Shown: positions 33,912 to 45,900 of the stretch, one piece after another
How the letters are laid out: each line of letters opens with the position of its first letter
Position numbering within the stretch: position 1 is the first letter of the stretch
Assembly (NCBI RefSeq): GCF_036971445.1
Contig: NC_091475.1
Coordinates: 3,844,001-3,908,000, forward strand
Length of the DNA: 64,000 nucleotides
Reading direction: 5' to 3'
From: Narcine bancroftii
Lineage: Eukaryota
The notes under the pieces: generated by a model
Database searches by the model: none
What the model was told of the DNA's origin: nothing
What the model saw: the letters and a program-made list of their open reading frames with translations, nothing else
Made by a program: the position numbers and the translations under genes

Positions 33912-36900
33912 GCTCCCTACGTTTGTACTTTCCTTGTTGTATTATGACGTGTCTAGCTGGATTGCTCACTGAACAAACTTTACCAACCCATTTTTGTAAA
34001 TTTGACAATAAGCATGAACATGATTTTCAATGCGTGGCTGTTTGCCTTCAATATGAAGCAATGTGTTATGCATTATCACTTTTGGGTTTGAACTGTAGCT
34101 CTGAAGCAATTTGATCTCAATCATTGAATAGTCTCATAATTCTTATAAATTGAGGGCTCAACGTCTGCCACTGTCACTTTAAACTTGACAAACGAATACA
34201 CTGTAACTACTGTCACATCTAATTCTTTGACTGAGTATGTCGAACAATGTGTAAAACCACTTCCAACAATCGAATCTGTACTTGACAGAATATGCTCCAG
34301 TGGTGAACGCATACCTTTACAATCCTTCACGATAACATCATCGGGAAATGTAATGTTGGCAACATTATTTTCAGAACCCAACCATATCAATCTGCTTGAA
34401 GCAAAGGTAGAATACATCAAGAAAACAAGTGAGTCAACTTTCACACTGTTTCCAGCCTTTTATTTTTATAATACTGTACTATTATGTACAAGTGCCAGAC
34501 AACAAGGTAAGTGGACCTTTTATAAATATCTTTGCACTTAAAAATTACATACAGCAGTTAAGGCCCATTCAAATCCTGCCAGTATCCATAAATAATGTGT
34601 CAGCAGGTCAGTAGATAACTAGAGTAAATAATTAAAAGAATGATAAACCAAGTAGCCATGGAATAGTCTAATGTCAATTTTATGCTAATACAACCCACAA
34701 CTCTAGGTTAAATTAATAAGTGTGGTAAAATTGCATTGCCATAAATTGCATGTAATCATTGCAAAGTAGCCACATTGTATAAAGTCAGTAGACTTTTGGT
34801 GGGTAAATGATGGATTTTAAAAGTAGGCTCAATAAATTGATTTGCAGAAGTCCAGATATAAAAAGTCAGTAGACTTTTGGTGGGTAAATGATGGATTTTA
34901 AAAGTAGGCTCAATAAATTGATTTGCAGAAGTCCAGATATAAAATTCTGGCATCTAAATAAATGTAGCATGGATATAAAATTAAGTTTAAAATGTTTACA
35001 CATTAGAGAGTCCTATACTTTGCATGTAAAGGATGTAGTTTTATTTTAGATATACATATTAACATATTTACATATACATATGCTTGGGAACAGGATTTAA
35101 ATTTGACTATATTGATGTGGATTGCGACACAGTTCTTAAGTTGGGTAATGGCTCTTCATTATGTGTTCGACATTGTCTATTACAATTCAAAGTGGTACAC
35201 AGAACACATTTGTCTAAGGCTAATTGTCTCACTTTTATTCCGGTACGACTCCCTGTTGTGACAGGTGTAAGAGCGGAGAAGTGTCATTAATTCATATGTT
35301 CTGGACTTGCCCTAATCTAGAAAAATACTGGAGAGAGGTTTTATACACTCTATCAAAAATTTTCAATATAGATTTAACATTGGTCCAGACTTGCACTATC
35401 TCGTTTGCCTCTCTTCTGATGAGGCGTGCGATTTTTACCTAAATGGAAGGATGCTGCCCCACCTACTCATGATCAGTGGTTGGCTGACATATGGGGCTCC
35501 AATAGCTTGGCCGAGCACTGGTTTTGTAAACCGGGGTTGCGAGTTCATTCCTTGCTGGGGTCTCATTTCTGCGAGTGGCACTGGACAAAGTTGCGAATCT
35601 CTGTCTTCCTTACGGTAAACAAAGTTAAAGAATTTCATGTATGTTACATTCTAAATGTAGTATTACATGACAATAATGGAACCTTTATCTTTCCTGTTTG
35701 AATAAGGAAAAGTTTGTTATTCAATTAAAAATTCTGATAGAAGATACCGGAAACTATGGGGGTCATTTATGACTCACCATCTTATGTTATAATTTTACTC
35801 CAATGTAATTAAATTGTCTGACTCGTATCTTTTCCATGATCTTTATATTAATTTTTTTAACCTTTGTTTTTCTTTTAATTCCAATCATATATAGCATCTG
35901 GCAATGCGGTTAGGAAAGAGGTTAGGGTTTTTTATCCTTTTCTTTTCTTTTTGTTTGCATTATTAGAGTTCTTTTTCTATAAAGGGTATTTAGAATATGA
36001 ATTATGGATATGATTTACAATTTATGTGTGTTAGGGTTATACAGAATGTCTTATTTAGTTGGTGTAACTGTCCATATCATCTTATTGAATTGTACCCTTT
36101 TGTTTGTATAAGTTCTTTATTAAAATCAATAAAAATATTTTAATAAGAAGCGATACACATATCAAGAGCCATCTAATTAAGATGGGCATGTTTATATTGT
36201 GAATATGTCAGAACTGTATAAGAAATAGAATCGGAAGTAGCTCATTTGGCCCTTGGGCCTTCTTTGCCATTCATCAAGATGACAGGTGACCTTCTATCTC
36301 AGCTCCGTTTCCTTTCACTGCTCATGCCAGTGGTGGATTTTAGCGCATCTATGAAATGGAGGGATTAGTGCCGTACCTTCCCTTTAAATCTGTATTTTTG
36401 GAAAACAATGACATTTTTATACAACACCTTTTAAAAGTAGAAGAAAACCTCCAAGGTGTCTAGTCAAAATAATCTGTTCCCAAGCCTATGGCATACAGTC
36501 AACAGGTAGTCAAAGGGGAAGCTCTTAAAGTGCATCTTAAAGGAGGCCAGAGGAAATTAGAATTTTGGAAGGTAATCCAGAGTGTTAAGGTCTTAGCAGC
36601 TGAACACATGCTGACCAAAGGTGAGATGCTCAGATTTTGGAATGATCAGAGCACAAATACCCAGGAGGTTTGCAGTGCTGAAGGACCTTAAAACCTCAGC
36701 TTTTATTTGTAGTCTGTTTAGCAGTATGAATGCATGCTGCAAGAGCTATTTATAACTCTCCAAGGACAGCGATCCTGAAGTACATTTATTCTATTATTTT
36801 TCTATTTCCAGCCTGTGGTGGAACTATAACCGCTTATAATGGGACCCTGCTCTCCCCAAATCATCCCCATTACTACCCTCCAAATATGAATTGTGCCTGG

Positions 36901-39900
36901 AGAATTACAGTAAGTAATTGATTGGCTGCCACTGTGAGTTTCAGGGTGTGGCTGTCTACTATCTATGTGAGGCTGCATGGTGGGCTTCATCACAAATCTT
37001 AATGAGCTCCTATTAGCTCAACATTGATTTTATCCTTTCAGTTTCATGTCCGACGTTACATTTTTCCTCCTGTGTTTGAATTAACACAAGCCTATTTGCT
37101 CCATAACTTGTTAATTTTCATTAAAAAAAATTTTTTAATCTTAATTTTTCTTCAGGGTTGGCATGTCGCAAGTAGAATTATAAGATCTAATTATCAACAT
37201 ATCCAATTAAGCTCTGCAGCTTTGTCAGATTCACATAAGAATTTTAAAGAATAATTGCGAGGTGATGCATTTGTGTGGTGGACAGGTATACCTAGGGCAA
37301 CACAATGAATGGTAGCACCCTTGGAAGTATTGAGGAACAGAGGTCCAAAGATCCTTGAAGACTCCAGCAAAGGATTGGCAGCCTTCATTAGCCAGGGAAT
37401 AGAATATAAGATCGGAATAGTTGCAGAACAGCTATGGAGGCCAAATCATTGGGTATATTTAAAGTGGAGGTCGATAGTTTCTTCCTTAATAAGGATGACA
37501 GGGTCGGAGAATATAGTTGAGAGGAAACGTACATCAGCCATGACTCGAATGGCATTGGCAGAGCAGATTTGCTTAATTCTGATGCCATGACATCGTTTTA
37601 TAAAGCATAAGCATTGGTGAGCCTACACATTGTGTGTAGTTTTTAATTGCCGCAGAAAAAAGTGGTGATTGATCTGGACGGGGGATGCGAAGGAGACTAA
37701 CTAGGATATTGGCTGGGATGGAGTGGTTGTTCAGTTATTTGGAAAGACTGTATTTTTTCCTTTGGATTGGAGATGCCTGAGAGGGGACCTGTTAGAGGAG
37801 TACAAAATTATGGAGGATATAAATAGGATAGGTGGAATAAACTCGCAGATGTAACTAGAGGGCAAGAGATTTAAAGGATGTCGGAATAATTTCTTTTCAC
37901 TGAAGGTGCTTGGTAATGGAATGCACTGCTGGGAGAGGCAGAGATCTTTTTTAAAAAAAATCTGGATGAGATCTTTCCTGAGACCAACACACCAATGGCA
38001 TCATGAAGAAAGCCTCTACTTCCTCAGGAGTTTGTGGAGGAGCTAGTGGAGTTGTTCAAGTGAACCGGTATGGACTTGAAGGGCCGACATGGCCTGTTTC
38101 CGTGCTGTAAACGGTTATATGGTTATCTGGTTATAGTACTGGAATCACCAGAGTAGGGAAGGCCATGAACCTGGTGTAGTAAATGGAATTGGTATCGATG
38201 GATACATATTGGTTGGCATGCACTGAGTGAGATGAGAGGCTCTTTTCTAAGATTATTTTCAGATAGAAGATACCGGAAACTATGGGGGTCATTTATGACT
38301 CACTATCTTATGTTATAATTTTACTCCAATGCAATTAAATTGTCTGTCTCGATCTTTATATTAATTTTTTTAACCTTTGTTTTTCTTTTAATTCCGATCA
38401 TATATAGCATCTGGCAGTGCGACAGAGAATGAGGAGTACATGTTCCCTGAAAGGGGTGAATCAGATTATTGAAGAAAGATTTGACCAGCTTGGTCAGGGC
38501 ATTAGTTCAAGGGCAGGTGATGATGATGTTACAGCTGTACAAGACATTGGGAAAGCCACTTTAGGAATATTGCCTGCATTTCTGATCATCTCATTGTAGA
38601 AAGGATGCCATTAAATAGCAAAGGTTCAAAAAGATTTATGAGGATGGAGAGTTTGAGTTATATGGAGAGGCTGGATAGGTGAGGAAATGTTTTCCCTGGA
38701 CCACAGAGGGGTACAAAATCATCCAGGACCTAGATTAGGTGAATAATCGCAGTCTTTTTCCAGAGTTGGGGAGTCTAAAACAGGAGGGCTTGTGTTTCCA
38801 GGTGTGGGGTTGGGAAGATCTAACAGAGATCCGAGGGGGCTCTTTTCTTCCACTGTATGTGGTGGATTATATGAAACCAGATGCCAAAGGAAGTGGCAGA
38901 GGCAAGAGATTTAAAAGACACTTGGACAGGTTGTATGAATAGGAAAGGTTTAGAGGGATATGGATCAAATGCAGACAAATAAAACAACTTGAATGGGCAA
39001 CTTGGTTGCATGAACAGGTTGCACTGAAGGGGTCTGTTTCCATGCTGTATACCTCTGTCAGATAACCCCTCAGCCTCCTGTCCTCCAGGGAAAATGAGCC
39101 CAGCCTATCCAATCTCTCCCAGAACCCAAGTCCTCCAATTCAGTCAACATCTCATGAATCTCTTCTCCAACTATGACTTTCCAATAATCTTGTGACCAGA
39201 ATTGCTCACAATACATTCAAGTTTTGTGAAGCTGGAGCACAAAATCCCAACTTTTATATTCTGTGTCCCAATCTATGAAGACACACATGCCTTTCTCACC
39301 ACCCCTTCAACCTCTCTTGTAACTTCCATGGAACCATGTACTTGAAGCTGAAGGTCCCTCCGTTCATCATTGTTCCTTTGTACCCTTCCACTCACTGAAT
39401 ATGTCCTCTCCCTATATGACTTCCCAAAGTGCATCCAAACTACATGCAATGTTCAGAAAATGTCACAGTTCAGTGGGAAAGGGAAAGAGTTAGCAGAAGC
39501 AAAATTTAAAATATTTTGATATTGACTTGTTTTGGACATGTATTTTCATTACATGGGGTTATTGTGTGTGTAAAAAAAAAAATGTAAAAAATCTCACTGG
39601 TGTTGATTGATGTGAAATTATAAATAGGCCCAATACCTTTATTTCATTACCCGAAAAGATTAAATAAAGCAATCAATTCATGATCTAAAATTAAAATAAT
39701 ACATTTAGAAGGTCAGATCCTGTTTCTAGAGGCTGCAGATCTTTGGGGTTGTAAGGTTTTGTTCTTCAGTTCCATAATGATTGAAAGAAAAGTAACATCT
39801 GTAAATTTAAAAAGAAAAAAATATAAGCAAATTTGTGCTAACTGAAGTGAAAACTGCTCATACTGGAAAACCTGGAACAATTGAGAGGTAGAAGCTCGGA

Positions 39901-42900
39901 CCTGATTCTCCTCCCGTGGATGTTGCCTGATTTACTGAACAGCTTTGCCATTTTTATTTCATGCTGACTAGGCTCGTTATCTCTGTACATCCTCTAGTTT
40001 TACCCCTGTAGACCTCGTCGAAAGAATCAAAGACTTACTGATCCAAACCAAGGCTTTTATTAGCAAAAGACAGGAGCTCTTCACAGGTGGCCGACCAGTC
40101 CGGAATGATCCCACCTGGCTAGGGACACAACCCTTTAAGGCCCAGACAGTAGGCGTGGCTTAGCTCTCAGCCAATCGCTGTAAGCACAGTCTAGATACTG
40201 TAACTGTTTACACTATATACATTGGTGATAGATCTGGACTATCACAACCCCCCAACATCCCCACAATCCTTTCATTCCAATCTGCTGTGCATCCCCAATT
40301 TCTTTTGTCCTCTCCGGCAGCTGCTATTCTCTTTCTAAGTTTCTGTGCCTAACTCCTTTAAGACAAGTTCCTGATGTCTACGTCAGTGGCCAACCTTTTG
40401 GTCACATGACTTAATATTTTCTAGATAACTTGTCATACTGCTTTGTCTCCTTGTGAGATATCTTGGGATGGCTTTGATTCATGAAGGATTCTATATAAAT
40501 ATAAATGGTTGCTGCTGAGGCCAGTTTTGTTTTGGCAGGGTCAGGCTTTGACTATTGCCACTTGGTGAATAAACTCACAGGCAAACGATCAGTCTTGTGG
40601 ATCTTCATGTAAATCCAAACTAAAGAGACCATCTATTCATGCCGCTTCAACAGAATAACAGAAATGGAACCGCTGAAAATTCATCGTATTCACTCTGTGC
40701 GCTTTCCATCTTGCTTTCAGGTACCAGATCCAAACCTGCAATTCCGTATTCAGTTTTCCACACTAAAGCTGGAAGGTGTGCAGCCCGACTGTAAAAAAGA
40801 CTGGATTTCTATAAATGATATACGGTACATAATAGAGAATGTTTTTTAGTGTTTAATAATCTTTTTAAAAAATTCAGACCGATCAGTCCCCAAGTGGAAC
40901 TCGTGTTGGTTTGCTTTTCTTCACCCTTATTGTTGATGAGGGTACTTTAGATTTTTTTTTGTCAATGTAGTGTATGATGAGGTCAATTGAAATTTGCATT
41001 TGTTGAGAGTTCCATCTTGAAGTAAAATAATGATGGCAATGGTCAGTCACAATTTTAGAGGACACAGCTAGGAAATGTTTTTGTGAATAGTTACTTGAAA
41101 ATTATTTCCAAATATCAGATGTGGGATCAAATGTCAAATGACATTGTTGTTTGTGATATATTTAAATGGATGAAAAGGTGAGTCAGTTTGCAGATGGTAC
41201 AAAGATTGGAGTTGTGGACAGTGCAGTGGGTTATCAAAGAAGACAACCGGATAGAGATCAGTTACAGATGTGAGCAGAGAAATGGCAGATTGAGTTTAAT
41301 CCTGACATGTTTGAGGTCAAATTTAAGAGGAACAAATGCAGTTAAAGGCAGAGCTGTTAAAAGCATTGATCTGGGGTTCAAGTCCATAGCTCTTTGGAAA
41401 TAGGAAGACTGGGTGGTAAAGAAGGCTCATGGCTTTCATTGGATGGGGCATTGAGTACAAGAGGAAGGAAGTCATGTTGCCGATGTTCAAAACTTTGGTT
41501 CGGCTGCATTTCCAGCATTATGTGCAATTCTGTTCGCCCATCAAAGGAAGGCAGTGGAGGGTTCAGAAAGGGCACAGAAGGAATTTACCAGGATGCTGCC
41601 TTGATTACAGAGTACGAGTTATGGGAGAAGTTGTACAAACTTGAGTTACTTTCTCTTGAGCATCAGAGGCTGAGGAAAGATTGGAATTAAGTCTATAAAA
41701 TTATTCCAGACATAGACAGGGTAGACAATCAGTCTTTTTCCCAAGCAAAAAAAATGTCCCAAACCATTTCAATTTTAGTTGTATAATTCTTACCAAAACA
41801 TCTCATGGAGATGACTAGTTTTGTTTCTTCCAGCGAGACAATAGAATAACGTTACATGAAGAATATAAAATCCACAGTATGAGTAATTTTACCACAAAAT
41901 CCGAGAATAATTTTCTATAGCAAATCTGCATCAATAGCTTTTGTGTCATTGTGTAAAGATTTCCTAAACTGTAAAGAAATGGCAAATTTCTAAAAAATGT
42001 TATTTTGAAATGTATGATTGCATTGCATCTGACTCTTTGTTTAGTTACTGTGGTGAACACGATAAGACTTTTGTGGTCCCCAGTTCATCCAATGTCCTAA
42101 CAGTGAAGTTTCATTCAGATGTTTCTGCCAGTAATCTCGGATTTCGTGCTGAATACAGCAGCTTCAATCCCACAGAAGGCAAGTATATTCCACGATGTAT
42201 AAAATCAAGCTTCATGCATCAGACCTCGTTTGGTCCTGGTTCTGGATTTGTCAATCCCTGACTGACTATGCAAGTTTTATAAAAGAGATTTAATTTCATC
42301 AGCAAGAATTTTTGATTAAAAAATGATGTATTTTAAATCATAAAATTAGATTTTCAGATCAAATTTGTGATTGAAGGTAAAAATTGGAATGATACAAGTC
42401 ATGAAACAGGACAAATGTGACTCAAACTTACATTTGAGGAATCCAAACCAGAAGATGAACTGACAGTTATTGGGTTAAACAGTTCATACCCTTGACAATA
42501 AAGAGGTATTCCTTTTCAAGACTGTTTGCTTATTTTTGTGTTCAACATGCATCAATGCACATGAGGGGAGAAGAACCCATTTATTTTTCTGTGGAAAATA
42601 GTCCTGTCATTTGGCTCTTTGGTGCTACATCTTAGGAAGGCAAATCACTCACTCACTTTGGCTTGGCTTCGCGGACGAAGATTTATGGAGGGGGTAAAAG
42701 TCTACGTCAGCTGCAGGCTCGATTGTGGCTGACAAGTCCGATGCGGGACAGGCAGACACGGTTGCAGCGGAAAATTGGTGGGTTGGGGTTGGGTGTTGGG
42801 TTTTTCCTCCTTTGTCTTTTGTCAGTGAGGTGGGCTCTGCGGTCTTCTTCAAAGGCAAATAAAAGAGGCAGTACTACCAACCAGTAGTACTTAAGGCTGT

Positions 42901-45900
42901 CAACTTGAAACTAGCAATAAAGGCTGGTTAATCTTTTTTTTAACAAAACTCATACCATTCTTGTGCACTGTATCAAAATCATCCTTGTGATGGACTTTTG
43001 TCATTTTGATTTTAGTTTCTGTTTTTTACTTACAGAGTTTAAGAGGAAAGATTTAGCAAGCTTGGACTTTTCTCTTTGGAGCAATAGAGGAGGAGAGGCA
43101 AATTAATAAGGGTGTTGTAAGATTATGAGAGGCATAGGTTGGGCAAACAGCCACCATATTTGTCCCCAGGTGACAATGGCCAATAAACAAATGAGTGGAG
43201 GAAAATTTAGGAGAGGGTGTCAGGTAGGTTGTTCACCCATAGAGTGGCGGGTATCTGTAATGCACTGCAGGGGTAGTGGTTGAGGTTGATACAGTAGGGA
43301 CGTTTAAAACATTCTTAGATAGGCTCATGAATGTAAAAGAAAATGGAGGAGGTTATGGAACTGAGGGAGGGAAGGGTTAGATTGGTGGTGGCATAGATTT
43401 ATATAAGTCAGCACAACGTTGTGGGACGAGGGACCTGTACTGTGTGTACGTTCAGAGTTAGTGAAGCTAACATACTTGCTCTATTGTCAAACAGATGATT
43501 TCCTAGAAATAAGGGCTTCTTTTCCTTGCAAGTGTACAATTATATTGATTATTAAAATCTGTATTTAACTGTCTTTCATTTGATAAGCTGAAGTTTATGA
43601 ATCTATTTAAATATTTTCCAATTTTAATTACTGCTTTTGGTACAACCTTCGATTCCCTTCAACATTTAACCATCAAGAATCGATATTAAAGTAACTGGCG
43701 GGCTTTGACTGCTGTATTCCTCCTGAAAGTGTCAGCTCTTTGGACCCAACAGAAATTTGGGTTTGGACAAATTGGTCTTTAATGCTTGCAAAGAAGACTA
43801 GCAAAACTTTACAGCATCCAGCAAAGGTTTAGAGGGGATTGGGCATCTTTTGAAAGATCTATTTGAAAACGTGATTATTACGCAAGATGGTGACTTTGAG
43901 GAAAATCTCTGCCCTCGCTGCTGTGAGGAACCCTTCTTCATTCATTCATCAGCTTGGCCTGAACTCTCACACCCATGGTGCAATTCCAACTGGATTTAGA
44001 TGTTTACAAAATTTTAAAGTCCAAATACATCGGGTGATTTTCCTCACATCTGCTTGTGTCTTGATCAAACTTGTAATTGGTTGCACTGTTATTGTTAAAT
44101 GGCTCAAACCAAACCCGCCATGTGACAGGTGAAAATCTGCATTTGGTTTGACATGTAAGTAATAGGATTTTTTTTTTAAAGTGTGAACAAAAAATAATCC
44201 TTCGTTCATTTAATATATTTGGGAAATAAATTGTTACAGAATGTCAAGGAATGCATCTTTGTGGAGATGGAAGATGTGAGCTCATGAGCAACAAGTGTGA
44301 TGGTTGGGTTCATTGTAAGGATGGAAGTGACGAGATGAACTGTGGTAAGTTAAACAGAATAAAGATGGTCGTAGTTTCAAATCAAAGATGCAAGATGGTT
44401 TTTGTTATAAAGGAATGCATCACTTGATTTGTTTGAACAGCCTAGACATTTAGAGATCTATGTCTCAATGACGGTGTCTCATTTTGGATAGATACTTTCC
44501 TGCAGTTATGAATGAAATGTTTGCATTCATTGTTAATCAGCCCAACAACATGAAGTCTTTTGCCTTTAGAAAGTTCTGCTTTCCCAGTGTAGCTTCATGA
44601 TCAGTTATTTAAAATTGTATTAAAGGGAACAAGAACAATTCTCAACACTGTATTTCAAAGAAGCATAAACAGGTGTACACCTGATGCCATCATATCTTTA
44701 GAGGGATGATTAACAGATGTACTATTGACAGCATGTTCTATGGGTTGAATTCTGACAAAATTCCTTTGGTAAGAATTAGGTGAAGAAGTAGGAAAGCAAT
44801 ACACAGCAAGGAGGAGATGGTTATACTGCTGCAACGTTTTAAGGTGGGGCAATTTTTCCCAAATGAACATCATTGGAGTGTTTAACCCTCCTGTATTGTG
44901 TCATAATAAACAATAATGCAGCCGAACCAAGCTCTTCTAACCACATGAATCCCAGATCATCACATGTAGCTTTATTCTTTTCTGCCACCGACATAAACAG
45001 AGGGAAAACACCATGTGATTAGAAAGTATTACAGGCGAAGTAATGTTGGGGCCCAGATTTAAATTTAGGAATTCCTTTAAAATTATAAAAATGAAATTTT
45101 GGCGATATGCAATGAAGGGGGAAATGTATCAAATCAACAAACTAATTCCCTTGCCTCTTTAATATTGTGAAATCAGGAGGTACTTATGAAAGAGAAATGT
45201 GAAAATTGTGACCCTTCCACTCGTGCAGACATTTTCCTCATTGAATTGTGCTCATTTTGTATTGGCTGTCTTTGTCCAATACTTTCTGAAATTAAACGTT
45301 CTAATTTCTATAGTTTTTTCATCATCAGGAAAAAAAAACAGTGTTTAATTTCATTTTAAAACCAAGGAACCATGCCCCCTTCTGTGAATATTTTTAAATT
45401 TTTCCATTTTTTAAATCTTTTTTTACTGTACACTTAAATTATTGTTCGTATTTTGTGTAACTGGGAAACAGCGTCAGTACATGGAACTTATCTATAAATT
45501 CCCATTCTCTTTTTTAATCTCATTCACACATACTTGCCTGGTTTTGCTGAAAAATATTCACATAGAAGTAAGTTTTAACGACTGGTCTTTAATTTGTCAT
45601 AAAAAATCCAAATCTTCTTCAACTCCTTCATTTTATCTGGCCTATTTCTAGAGTGTACATCAGACCAGTTTAGATGTCAGAATAAGATGTGTAAACCGCT
45701 AATATGGGTCTGTGATGGAGTTGATGACTGTGAAGATACGAGTGATGAAGCCAATTGTGGTAAGTTGCTTTCTTTTTCCATTGTGGAAAGGTTATGTGTT
45801 TGTTGAATATAGATCAGGCTACTTCTCGTACAAATCCATTGACTGTCTCGTAAACGTTTCCCTTTGGAGTTGTTGGGCTAGATTGCATCTAACCCGTGCC

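Noticed and set aside
35495-35563. Functional tRNA-Thr gene
   Set aside because: The D-arm/box A is damaged, it continues into a SINE body and it is inserted in an L1.
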